From positions 27,218,001-27,282,000 of the forward strand of contig OX597820.1 in the NCBI GenBank assembly GCA_951406725.2: DNA of 64,000 nucleotides, written 5' to 3'. Of the stretch, positions 12,066 through 24,368 are shown one piece after another. The position numbers and the translations under genes were made by a program. Numbering within the stretch: position 1 is the first letter of the stretch; every line of letters starts with the position of its first letter. This stretch comes from Octopus vulgaris (Eukaryota). The notes under the pieces were generated by a model that worked only from the letters and a program-made list of their open reading frames with translations, had not been told where the DNA came from and searched no databases.

Positions 12066-12624
12066 GTATAAGCCACTTCTACGCCTATTTCCTGAAAAAT
12101 ACCTCAGGAATTAGTATTTTATACCTACTGCTAGCAAAGCAAGATATTCTTATTCAAAAATCGTAACTATGGTTACAGATGGTGGGATATGTCACACTGT
12201 GATTGCATATGTTATTTTGCATATTCCTGGTGTGTCTGTCATGTTCTTCGGGGTATATTTGATATCAATAGAGAAACTTTGGTAAGGAGAATTTCGTATG
12301 TGAAGCAAACAGTACAAAGAGAGCAGATTCAATATATTTTGAGATATTAAATAGAAACGCTTGATGAGGACTAACAGAAAGAGACGGTAACAACAAATTG
12401 TAACAACTAAAATAATTCTACAATAGACATGAAGGATAGCTCGTAGGGCTAATCAAGGAAGTCACACAAAACTAAGATTACTTACATCAACAAGATCAAG
12501 TTCCCTCTCGCATTCTCCGTTTCGCTGGCCCACGGGAGCATGCAGAGAATAGGCCTGTTTACTCGTATTAGGTCCCGTCTCAGTTTATCGTAAAAATATT
12601 GTGGTTTTAATATTAGCTTCAGAT

Positions 12625-13037
12625 TTTTGGCACAAAGCCAGCAATCATGAGGGAGGGTGCAATTCGATTATCTCGACCTCAGTATTCAACTGGTAATTAT
12701 TTTATCGATCCGGAAAGGATGAAAGGCAAAGTCGACCCCGGTAGCATTTGAAATAAGAACTTAAATTCGAGAGAAATGCTGCTAAACATTTTTTTCCAGC
12801 GTGGTAGTGATTCTTATTTCTTTACTGCCCACAAGGGGCTACACACAGAGGGGACAAACAAGGACAGACAAAGGGATTAAGTCGATTACATCGACCCCGG
12901 TGCGTAACTGGTACTTAATTTATCGACCCCAAAAGGATGAAAGGCAAAGTCGACCTCGGCGGAATTTGAACTCGGAACGTAACGGCAGACGAAATAGCGG
13001 TAAGTATTTCGTCCAGCGTGCTAACGATTCTGCCATC
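12625..13037 (-). mobile_element. SINE B: tail-ii unit joined to an old tail-i copy at the second (A-box) site
   Basis: Junction GATTCT|TATTTCTTTAC at 12814/12815. Confidence 0.82.
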
Positions 13038-13062
13038 TTATTGTTGTTTTAATATTAACAAT

Positions 13063-13605
13063 AGTGGCTGTGTGGTAAGAAGCTTGTTTCCCAACCACGT
13101 GGTTCCGGATTCAGTCCCACTGCATGGTATCTTGGGCACGTACCTTCTGCTATGGCCTCGGGTCGACTAAACCCGGAGTGGATTTGGTAGACGGAAACTG
13201 AAAGAAACCTGTCGTTTGATTATCAGCCAGATTCATACTTTTTTCCTTGATTTGTGTGTTTAGACAAGTAAAATTTATGTAGCAAAGAAACATGATCATT
13301 AGATGGGAACAAGAATTATAAATTATAGTTATTGTGTGTATTAATTTTGAAAGAATAAGTGGTAAATGAAAGAATGTCGTATATATATATGTATATATAT
13401 TTATGTGTTTGTATCTGTGCTTGTCCTCCCATCACCACTTGACAATCGTTGTTGGTGTGTTTACGTCTCCGTAACTTATTGGCCCGGCAAAAGAGACCGA
13501 TAGAATAAGTATCAAGCTAAAAAAGAAGTACAGGGGTAGAATCCTTCGACTAAAAATTCAAGGCGGTGCACCAGCATGGCTGTAGTCTAAGAGGTAAAAG
13601 ATAAT
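13063..13605 (+). mobile_element. SINE A interrupted by a 153-bp locally copied insert
   Basis: Head 13063-13215, insert 13214-13366, remainder from 13367. Confidence 0.8.
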
Positions 13606-13619
13606 AGATAAAAGATATG

Positions 13620-13805
13620 ACAAGGCGGGCAAAATGCTTAGGGACATTTCATCCGTCTTTACGCTCTGAGTTGAAATGCTGCCGGGATCGACTTGTCCTT
13701 CATCTTTTTGGGGTCGATGAAATAAGTACCAGATGAGAAAAGGATCGATAAAATCGACTTGCTTTTCTCCCGAAGTTGCTGGCCCGGTGCCCAATGTTTG
13801 AACCA
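13620..13805 (+). mobile_element. Old SINE B (tail i)
   Basis: Degenerate family match. Confidence 0.65.
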
Positions 13806-13971
13806 ATATTATCATAACATGTGACAATGCTACCATATATATTTTTTATTTTTATTTTTTATTTTATCTAGTTTCAGCTCACGAGCTGTGGCCATGTGAC
13901 TATGCAACAAAAACCGTTTTCTGCAACGTCAACATCAACAGTAAAAGTGCCTCAATATTGTTTTTCCTATT

Positions 13972-14382
13972 GCGGCGAGCTGGCAGAATCGTTAGTACGC
14001 CGAGTGAAATACTTAGTGGTATTTCGTTCTGAGTTCAAATTCCGCCAAGGTCGACTTTACCTTTCATCCTTTTGGAGTCGATTAAATAAGTACCAGTTAC
14101 GCACTGGGGTCGATGTAATCGACTTAATCCCTTTGTTTGTCCCCTCTATGTTTAGCCCCTTGTGGGTAATAAAGAAATAAGAAACGTTAGCTCATCGGGC
14201 AAAATGCTTAGCGATATTTCGTCTGTCTTTGTGTTCTGAGCTCAAATTCCGCCGAGGTCGACTTTGCCTTTCGTCCTTTCGAGGTCCATAAATTAAGTAA
14301 CAGTTGCGTACCGAGGTCAATCTAATCGACTAGCACTTTCCGCCAAAATTTCGGGCCTTGTGCCTAGAATACAAAAGAATAT
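13972..14382 (+). mobile_element. SINE B dimer (tail ii joined at the A-box site to a tail-i copy)
   Basis: AAAGAAATA|AGAAACGTTAGC at 14179/14180. Confidence 0.85.
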
Positions 14383-15164
14383 TGTTAGGGTACTTTTGAT
14401 GAAGAACTGTATCTTTGTTCTTTTGGTTATGCACAAGGTTTGATTATCAGCCAGATTTATACTTTTTTCTTTGGTGTGTGTTTAGACAAGTAAAATTTAT
14501 GTAGCAAAGAAACATGATCATTAGATGGGAACAAGAATTATAAATTATAGTTATTGTATTAACTCTGAAAGAATGGGTGGTAAAATAAGACTTTGACATA
14601 GAACAATAAGCACAACAACTATATATCCTAATGCTTTTCTTTTGTCCCTACCATTTTCATTATAGCTTTATAACTGTGCATGATTTATCAAGAGAAATAG
14701 AGAGCATGATTGAGAGAATAAGGAAGAGAGGGGAAGAGGTTGACAGAGGAAGGAAAGCATGCGAAAGAAAGGGAGAGAGAGGGGGTGAAGAAAGAGAAAA
14801 AGAAGGGTGGAGAGGCGAAATATCTTTCCTATTGTATTTCACTTATTTCCTAACGAAATATTCTGGAAGTTCAACTCAGAAATTTTGACAGGTTTATAAC
14901 TCGAATTCAACTATCATTTACCTTGTTAATTTTGTCCAAAATATATCACAGTGTATGCAATGTGACGCTTGATACTGCTATACAAAGTTCAGTCAACCAC
15001 CACCCGAGAGCGAGATTTCGATAATTGTTTTGGAGGACCATATATAGTTAGGGGACAATGATTTCGATAATTGTTTTAGGGGACTATATATTCGCCAGCA
15101 GACGTAGGCACACTATTGGCTTTCTTAACCTTAACTCAGTAGCATATCAAGGATGTGACAACTG

Positions 15165-15201
<37 letters not shown>

Positions 15202-15237
15202 ATCTCCAACGATAAGTCTATTGTATTACTATTTAGT

Positions 15238-15435
15238 GTGGAAAGGCAAAGGCCCAGTGATTAGAGCAGCGGACTTGCGGTCGGAGGATCGCGGTTTCGA
15301 TTCGTAGACCGGGCGTTGTGTGTTTTTATTGAGCGAAAACACCTAAAAGCTCCACGAGGCTTCGGCAGGGGGTGGTGGCGACCGCTGTTGTATTTTTTCG
15401 CCACAACTTTCTCTCGCTCTCTCTTCCTTTTACTT
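15238..15435 (+). mobile_element. tRNA-derived SINE, family C
   Basis: GGCCCAGTGATTAG A box, GGTTTCGATTC B box; homologous to 45865-46040. Confidence 0.75.
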
Positions 15436-15458
15436 GAGTAATATTGTTTTTCCAATTG

Positions 15459-15649
15459 TGGCGAGCTGACAGAAATGCGTAGCTGTATTTCGTCTGTCGT
15501 TACGTTCCGAGTTCAAATTCCGCCGAGGTCGACTTTGCCTTTCATCCCTTCAGGGACGATAAATTAAGTACCAATGGGTCGACTTAATCCCTTTGTGTGT
15601 CCTTGTTTGTCTCCTCTGTGTTTAGCCCCTTGTGGGTAGTAAAGAAATA
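15459..15649 (+). mobile_element. SINE B monomer (tail ii) with deletions
   Basis: Family match. Confidence 0.8.
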
Positions 15650-16579
15650 TTATAACTTAACTAGTACTTTATTTAATCGACCTCAGGAGGATGAACTGTG
15701 AGGTTAAACCCGGTGAGATTTGAACTTGTAACATGATGGTCTGTATCTAAACGTTACACGGCATTTTGCCCGGCATTCGTCTAATTCTTACAAACACTAA
15801 CTGATATTTATTTTATTCTTTTATCGATTACATTACTGTTTATTTTTCTCTAGCTTAACATTTTTAAAGTTTCCAAGCATTAAGAATGCTTTTACTGCCT
15901 TGTTTATATTTTACCATGTGCTTGGCGCCAGATAATTGTTTAATTTATAAACCATTTTCAATCCAATCTTTTCTCCTCAGCCTCCTCATCCTCCTGCTCC
16001 TTTTTTTTTGTCTCTGTTCTGTGCCAACAAATATACAATTATGCATCTTTTACTCCGGCATTTAATCGCCAAAATGTTAGTGTTAACTGCGGCGAATTGG
16101 CAGAGTCGTCAAAGAATTGGACTGATTTCATTCATTCTTCCTCTTTGCTTCAGAGTTCAAATAACACCGTGCGGGGGTTGATAACAGTACCAATAAAAAA
16201 CTAGGATAGATTTCTCTCTCTCTCTCACTCTCTCTTGCTTTCTTTCTTTTCGTCTATTTGTCTCTCTTCTGGAAGAAACCGATTGTGATCCGTCTTTGTG
16301 ATGGACTCCGCTACATCTAAATGTGCCCAAGGCATGCCAAACATCGCGACTGTGCCCGTACTACTCCACCGGGTCGAAAAGTGCCTAAAGCTTGCCATAG
16401 TCCCAAACGAGACTTACGAATCCACCAGAAGCTGGGATTCCAAGAACAGAAGAAATAGAAATGACTATAGCATGTATGGCATGATGCATAGTGAGGGTAT
16501 CTCTTCGGGAGTTATCCACCCTTCTCGTTTATATGTAATATTTATACTGATTCCTCACACACATACATATAGATACCGT

Positions 16580-17160
16580 AAGGTGGCGATCTGGCAGAAA
16601 CGTTAGAACGACGGGCGAAATGCTTAGCGGTATTTCGTCTGCCGTTACGTTCTGAGTTCAAATTCCGCCGAGGTCGACTTTGCCTTCCATCCTTTCGGGG
16701 TCGATTAAATATGTACCAGTTACGCACTGGGGTCGATATAATCGACTTAATCCGTTTGTCTGTCCTTGTTTGTCCCCTCTGTGTTTAGCCCCTTGTGGGT
16801 AGTAAAGAAATAGGTATTTCGTCTGCCGTTACGTTCTGAGTTCAAATTCCGCCGAGGTCGACTTTGCCTTTCATCATTTCGGGGTCGATAAATTAAGTAC
16901 CAATTACGTACTGGGGTCGATATAATCGACTTAATCCGTTTGTCTGCCCTTGTTTGTCCTCTCTATGTTTAGCCCCTCGTGGGTAGTAAAGAAATAGGTA
17001 TTTCGTCTGCCCTTATTTCTGAGTTCAAATTCCTCCGAGGTCGACTTTGCCTTTCATCCTTTCGGGGTCGATAAATTAAGTACCATGTGCGTACTGGGGT
17101 CGATCTAATCAACTGGCCACCCCAAAAAGTTTCGGGCTTTTTGCCAAGAGCAGAAAAAAA
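16580..17160 (+). mobile_element. SINE B trimer (ii-ii-i)
   Basis: One head; junctions at 16812/16813 and 16996/16997 (184-bp period); terminal unit has tail i. Confidence 0.9.
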
Positions 17161-17647
17161 TACAGATAGTGTTAATCATATCTACTTTAGTAAATGTCTG
17201 GTACTTTAATATCATCCCCAGAAGAATGAAAACAAAGCCGATCTCGACGGAATTAGAATTCATAAAATAAAGGATATTAACTAAAGATCGGGACTTAATG
17301 AGTGGAAAAAATAATATTTATCAGCTGGTGAAGACATAGTGGTGTCCATATGAAGATTTTTTGTTTTGTTTTGCAATCATGTGGTTTCGGGTTCGATTCC
17401 ACTGGAATGGAGGTGCGTGTTGGGGTAAGTGTTTTCTGGTAAATACCTTAGGATGAACAATATTTTGAGAGTGAAATTTGGAGGTAGAAAACTGCAAAAA
17501 ACGTGGCTTGTGTTTGTGTCTAAGTGTGGATGTATGCATATATATGTGTGTGTATGTGTGTGTGTGTATGCGTGTGTGTCTATATATATACTGATGTGCC
17601 TATAGATATTTGTATGTGTATTATGTGTAGGTATGCATGTATGTATG

Positions 17648-17684
<37 letters not shown>

Positions 17685-17687
<3 letters not shown>

Positions 17688-18080
17688 AAGGAGTGGCTGT
17701 GGTAAGAAGCTTGCTTCCCAACCACGTCATTCCGGGTTCAGTCTTACTGCATGGCACCTTGGGCAGGTGTCTTCTACTATCGACTCGGGCTGACCTAAGT
17801 CTTGTGAGTGGATTTGGTAGACGGAAACCAAGGAATGCCGTCGTATATATGTGTGTGTTTATGTATGGGTGTGTTTGTGTCTGTGTTTGCCCCCCACCCG
17901 CCATCGCTTGACAACCGATGTCGGTGTGTTTACGTCCACGTAACTTAGCGGTTCGACATAAGAAAACGATAGAATAAGTACTAGGTTTACAAAGAATAAG
18001 TACTGAGGTCGATTTGTTCGACTAAAGGCAGTGCTCTAGCATGGCCGCAGTCAAATGACTGAAACAAATGAAAGAATAAA
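17685..18080 (+). mobile_element. SINE A (an older degenerate copy lies at ~17370-17530)
   Basis: Family match. Confidence 0.87.
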
Positions 18081-18839
18081 ATAATATGTATATATATATA
18101 TACATATACACCCCCCCCCACACACACACATATTTGCAAACGCACATATATGCGCTCACATACATACATAAATGAAAAAAACTACCGTTTTTCTTTTTTT
18201 AGTTTTTTCATAATAATTTTTTTCACTGCAGAGTTGATCTGACTTTAGTTTCTCTAATGTTCCAAGCAATCAAATGGCTTTTAGCCAATTAACTCGGTAA
18301 CGAATAATTTCTTTTGCAACACAGGATCAGACCAGATGAAATCAATTTATGGTCTCACAGCTTTAGTGCTACGTAAAATTATTACCCACCTACTTTCACT
18401 TTCTCTCTCACCTCTCTCTCTCTCTCTCTCTATCTCCTTCGCTCTTGCTCACTCACTTTACTTCATTCACCCACTCACATTTTCACTCATACTCTTTTAT
18501 TCTCTCTCTATTTTCTCCTATAAGGCAGGCATCTATATTTACTGCTCAACGTACACAAAGCGGTTTATCTCAGAACTTAACAAGAGAAGCCTGTATGTAG
18601 GCGCTTGCTCTGGAAGAAATAGCAGCCAAATTTTATTCATGTACCCTGGTGTCTATTTTTGCTTTTAAGGGAAGCATATTTGATTATTGGTCAATCCTTT
18701 ATATAGTTTTTTTTCGTTTTTGTCAGAATACAAAATATTTTCTGAAGAGTGTTGAGAAAGGAAAAGAAAGTAAAAGAAAAAAGTGGGAACGGAAAGTAAA
18801 ACAGCGGAAGATGTAGGTGGGTGCGATGGATCACACACC

Positions 18840-19240
18840 CCAGAGCAAGTGGTGTGTTGAACCACGCCCTGCAGTAATGACCGCATTGGCGTTGCCGCGG
18901 AGAATGGCCAGTGACACTCGCTGCAGCAGAACTCATTTCTTCGACGGGCCTCCAGTATCTCTATTTTGTGGAGGAAATTGGCTGTAAGGGATCTTAGAGC
19001 ATCTGACGCCTCGACGACGACTGGCAGTAACTGATTGTAGCCGGCGAGGCCCCTGTATTTATTGATTTTTCTCTCTTCCGCGTTACGGGTGGTGCCACCA
19101 GGGTTTTCGAGCAGATGCTGCAAGGTTGGCGACGGAGAACGTGTCGCTGTAGGTCGCATGAAAGACAAAAAGCTCACAACGGGAATGCTTTGATGATGGA
19201 CCTGCTCCATTAGCATAGAGGTGGAGCTAAACAAGGGCAG
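18840..19240 (-). pseudogene. CRE-like non-LTR retrotransposon, restriction-like endonuclease C-terminus
   Basis: VFHATYSDT (W-D-A-T-like)...AEERKINKYRGL..LLPVVVEAS..FL....LLQRVSLAILRGNANAV across frameshifts. Confidence 0.72.
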
Positions 19241-19351
19241 TAACAAAAAACTGTATTATTTCCAGTTCCTATCTTAATGTCTCTTTGATTTAGACGGACA
19301 AATGTCTGAATGATGTAAACAATTGACCCTAACAACCGATCCAAAATGCCC

Positions 19352-19643
19352 TTTTACTCCTTTACTATTTTACTTGTTTCAGCCATTTGACAGTGGCCAT
19401 GCTGGAGCACCGCCATTAGTCGAACGAATCAACCCCAGGATTTATTCTTTGTAAGCCTAGTACTTATTCTATCGGTCTCGTTTGCTGAACCGCTAAGTTA
19501 CGCGGACGTAAACACACCAGCATCGGTTGACAAGCGATGTTGGGGGTACAAACACACACATAAACATACACACACACATAAACATACACACACACACATA
19601 AACATACACACACACACACATAAACATACACACACACACACAA

Positions 19644-19725
<82 letters not shown>

Positions 19726-19880
19726 GGCGGGCTTCTTTCAGTTTCCGTCTACCAAATCCATTCACAAGGCTTTGGACGGCCCGAGGCTATAGTAGAAGAC
19801 ATTTGCCCAAGGTGCCACTCAGTGGGACTGAACCCGGAGACATGTGGTTCGTAAACAAGCTACTTACCATTCCTATGCCC
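19352..19880 (-). mobile_element. SINE A with expanded CA/TA interior
   Basis: Family match. Confidence 0.88.
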
Positions 19881-20030
19881 TTCAATTTCTGTCAAAATAA
19901 TAAAGTAAAAATTACATTAAAGAAGGAAAATACAAAATCCAAAGAGATTTCTATTGGTTTACACTTACAAAAAAAAGTGTAAAATTACAATTAGTTGATT
20001 TCTATTCTTATTCATGAGGTAAAAATTATA

Positions 20031-20220
20031 GTGGAGGTGCTGGCTTAGTGGTTAAAGGATTGGATTCATAATCGTAAGATTGTGGTTTCAATTCCTAGAC
20101 TGGTGACACGCTGTTTTCTGGAGTAAAACGCTTTATTTCACGGTGCTCTTGTCCACTCGGCTGGGAAAATTGAGCAATGCTGTGACGCAAGGCGTCATAG
20201 AAACCGAAAAACCGGCTCCA
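20031..20220 (+). mobile_element. Old tRNA-derived SINE (related copy at ~22010-22250)
   Basis: TGGCTTAGTGG A box, GGTTTCAATTCC B box, followed by a conserved-domain-like segment. Confidence 0.6.
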
Positions 20221-20598
20221 TAAATCTATACAACGTGATAAGCCTAATTATACATAGGTATAAGGCATCAATTATATCAACCCTAGCAAATGACCGGCTA
20301 CCCAATTATAGTAATTTTTACTTTTATGACATTAAATTTACGTAGAGAATCTTGCTCCAAAGACACAAATTTGAAGAGTACAACGCATGCAAACAATATC
20401 GTTTGGCGTTAAATAACTAAATTAAATAATATTTCATTAATATAACACGTAATCATAAATATCCCAACACTTTTCTTTCTAAAATTTATATAAATGGTTT
20501 ACATACATCCGCTGCCAATTCTCTTAACAGGCTTACTAATTTCCATCCGTTGATTCGACTAATTGTATATTGTCTATAATACAAAGGTTTAAAATGTA

Positions 20599-20639
<41 letters not shown>

Positions 20640-20641
<2 letters not shown>

Positions 20642-21128
20642 AAAAATTAATTTACGAAGGTATCATTAATTCTATTATTATCCAATGTAACTATTTAAAA
20701 AAATGATAAGAACAGAATCAATGACACAGGCGATAGCAGGCCAAAAATATCATTAAATAGCTGAGGGATTAAAATTAATCAAAGGACATAGTAAGTACGT
20801 CTACCTGCTTGAAATAACAGTAAAAACTCTTATTAAATCGCCAAAAAAATACACTGATGAAAACTACAGAAATCAAACGAAGGCAAAATCAGGTTAAGAC
20901 AATCTACTAACATACATTTAAGTATCTGGACTCACGTGAACCGGTTTCTGCACTGGCAAAATACGCCTTAGCTTCTTCAGCACGCGTTACCATGATTAGA
21001 GACTCCCAGCTCGTCGCTTTGAAGTCTGCTGCAACTAATTCGTTTCGCGCCGAAATCCCAACAGCCATCAGTGTAAAATAATCTCGATACAATTTATGAG
21101 AAAAATAATTCACCCAAAATTAATTCAT
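20640..21128 (-). mobile_element. Putative Penelope-like terminal remnant between (TA)n tracts
   Basis: Minus-strand CGCGTG-CTGAAGA..GAAA-CCGGTT-CACGTG hammerhead-like motif at 20933-20986. Confidence 0.45.
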
Positions 21129-21151
21129 TTATATATATATATATATATATA

Positions 21152-21346
21152 TAGTTAATCCAAACAAGAAAGCACAAAAAAATACAACGCGAGGACGCGG
21201 AACAAATATAGTATTATTGGACGCCCAGAAAAGAAGGAAAGAGGGAGGGTTTAACGTTTCGAGCGGAGCTCTTCGTCGGAAACATAGGAGAAGGAAAGAT
21301 CCAGAGAAGGGAAGACAGAGGAAAAAAATCGCCAACGTGGTCACAT
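21152..21346 (-). mobile_element. Putative Penelope-like terminal remnant
   Basis: Minus-strand GTTT-CCGACGA-A-GAGC-TCC-GCTC-GAAACGTT-AAAC; sits between (TA)n and (TATG)n. Confidence 0.5.
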
Positions 21347-21752
21347 TATGTATGTATGTATGTATGTATGTATGTATGTATGTATGTATGTATGTATGTA
21401 TGGTGACAACTATACTTATCGTTCTTTCAGTTGTAAATTGCGACTAGCCACCTTATTAATTTATGATTTTCACTTCACCATTTTCGGAATCAGTCAATGT
21501 TTCCTATAATGTTCTCCATAAAACTGACAAGGTGACTTAGGTTCTTTAACCCTCGGTGACGGAGTAATAGGTCACTGAAGGAGATTTATGAAATCTGAAA
21601 TCATCGATGATGTGAGTCCATCTCACTTGCAGTTGGGAGCTTGTCTCATTTGTCAGTCGTTTGAAAAGCGATCTCACGTGGTTAAGAGTTGTTTTGACAC
21701 TTATCTCTAGCAATGCTGGTGCTGGCTAGCACCCTCAGTCATTTTTGTATGA

Positions 21753-21943
21753 CTACTCTTTTACTTGTTTCAATCATTTGACTGCGGACATGCTGGAGCA
21801 CCGCTTTTATTCTAGAAAATCGACCCCGGGACTTGTTCTTTGCAAACCTAGTACTTATTCTATCGGGATCTTTTGCCGAACCGCTAAGTTACGGGATCGT
21901 AAACACACCAGCTTCAGTTAAAAGCAATGGTGGGGGGACAAAG

Positions 21944-21977
<34 letters not shown>
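21753..21977 (-). mobile_element. SINE A, 3' half only
   Basis: Family match, breaks off in (CA)n. Confidence 0.8.
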
Positions 21978-22444
21978 TTATATAATCTATGTTCTGTGTG
22001 TATATGCATATGTCGTATTGGTTATGGTGTTACATTCGCGATCGTGAGTTTGTGGTTTCAATTCTTGGAGCGGGTTGTGCGTTGTGTTCTTGAGCATAAC
22101 ATTTCATTTAACGTTGTTCTACGATCACTTTGGCACCTGATGTGTGGCACACCGTGCACCTGTGCAGATAACGTGGATTTCATGGAGGGAGTGAAAATAT
22201 ATACAGCACATATGCAAATCATTTGTGCAAGTTGTTGTTCAGCATGAAATTGCAGGGCTGCCTTTCTCCGACTACGAGAGATTACCATCAATAAATCAAT
22301 CAATGTATGTATATATATATATGCAGATATGGCTCTTTTTATTTTGTTTTTGTTTTGTTTTTTTTTATTATTTAAAGTCTTCCTATATGGAAGGAGCTGG
22401 TTTCTCACAAAGTTACAAAGCTCCATTGTTGATATGTAGAATCC

Positions 22445-22920
22445 CTTTGTTTTATATATAGTCTAGGCACAAGGCCCGAAATTTTGGGAGAGGGGGACAG
22501 TCGATTAGATCGACCCCAGTACGCAAATGGTACTTAATTTATCGAAACTCGAAAGAATGAAAGGTAAAGTCGACCTCGGCAGAATTTGAACTCAGAACGT
22601 AGCGGCAGACGAAATACCGCAAAGCATTTCGCCCGGCGTGGTAACGTTTCTGCCAGCTCACCGCCTTTTAACGGCAGACGAAATTCCTATTTCTTTACTA
22701 CCCACAAGGGGCTAAACATAGAGAGGACAAACAAGGACAGATAAATGGATTAAGTCGATTATATCGACCCCAGTGCGTAACTGGTACTTAATTTATCGAC
22801 TTCGAAAGGATGAAAGGCAAAATCGACATCGGCGGAATTTGAACTCAGAACGTAGCGGCTGACGAAATACCGGTAAGCATTTCGCCCGGCGTGCTAACGT
22901 TTCTGCCAGCTCGCCGCCTT
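22445..22920 (-). mobile_element. SINE B pair (tail-ii unit, 20-nt body stub, full tail-i unit)
   Basis: Junction GAAATTCC|TATTTC at 22687/22688. Confidence 0.86.
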
Positions 22921-23850
22921 TGTTGGTATGTATAATTCTAAAACATGAGGAAAATATCTTATATGTTCACTGTTCTGCTTAGCGAGTGTATTGATATTAG
23001 AGTTGCTTTCCTATATGGTGTTCAGCTTCGTACCTATTGCGAATAACATAAACTGAGTCTGCCTTGTCTTCGCACGTAAAAGCGCTGCTTAAGATATTCT
23101 TACGTGATAACTTCTCCATGATACTTATTCAGAACTATATAAACTAATCCTGTATTATCCTTGGATGCACTGAGTTCTTACTCACTACAAATATTTCGTA
23201 GAATTTCAAGGAATGGCACTTAATTCTATCTTGCTATACTGCGACCATGTTGGATGATTTATTTTCAGAGGAAAGTTATCTGCAAGAAACAATATTTGTG
23301 AGTGAGAATTCGTTTCTCATTTCAATTAAGAATGTGAAGATAGAACTGAACAGCAAAATCTAATGAATAGCTGCAAATGGAGTCAGGTTTAAGTTGAACT
23401 TTTTAACACTTCTTACATATTTATGCCGTTTCGCATAACGAATTACTTTTGTGATAGCAAAATAATAAGTTAAACAAGAGATCAGATATTATATGAAATG
23501 CGAATAACACAGAAAAAATATACTTTTAGTATTTATTACAAATACACCCAAAGATTTAACAAATTACAATGTATTATATTTCAAAAGTTACATAACTAAG
23601 AATCATGGCGAATTTTGTATAAGGTTATGGAATATGGCTTCAAAGAGATTCTTAATTGGAACTGCAATGTAAAATAACTAAACGAATATAAAAATACATA
23701 GGACTTCTATTAAACATACGTACACACCTGTCTATCTATCAGTCTGTCTGCTTGCCTGTCTGTCTGTATGTATGTATGTATGGTTGTATATAGGTATGTT
23801 TGTATGTATGTATGTATGTATGTATGTATGTATGTATGTATGTATGTATG

Positions 23851-23905
<55 letters not shown>

Positions 23906-23931
23906 ATATATATATATATATATATTTGTCT

Positions 23932-24368
23932 GGAAAGTGAGAGTAGAGAGGCAAGTTTTGTCTAGCGAATGCTTCAAAAAAAGATGGGTGAATGTAGCAA
24001 GAATGACACGTATGAATGACGAAGCCACCTTGAGCATGATCCTATGAACCCGGAAAAATTAAAAACAGAGCGTTACTTACTTGCAAATAAATGTGTTAAC
24101 ATGTGACATTATTGACCGAGGTTACCGTGGACTTTTCTTTCCACGGATAAACCTTATCTGCTTCCCCCTTTTACACTTTACATCATGACATTTCTGTGAT
24201 ACACGCTCCCTATTGATCGTTTTCTTTTTCTTTCTTACCTTTTTACGATCCCTTTTGATCGAAAACTTAACCCCCATTTTTTTCTTTTTTTCTTTCCCCC
24301 AAAAAGAAAAGCTCTACTTTGTAATTTGTCCCGTCTGTGTTCAGCCCTGTGTGGCTAATAAAGAAACA
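23932..24368 (+). mobile_element. Tx1/L1-clade LINE copy 4 (short 3' fragment)
   Basis: KVRVERQVLSSECFKKRWVNVARM..., 3'UTR, AATAAAGAAACA|TATCTATCTGTC; preceded by (TATC)n(TA)n. Confidence 0.88.

Noticed and set aside
15012-15091. Short direct duplications (also 38034-38110, 41246-41283, 59337-59420)
   Set aside because: Ordinary slippage-type duplications with no further structure.
16580-17160. SINE B arrays as CRISPR-like or tRNA gene arrays
   Set aside because: Eukaryotic context, no unique spacers and no complete cloverleaf. The units are SINE bodies.
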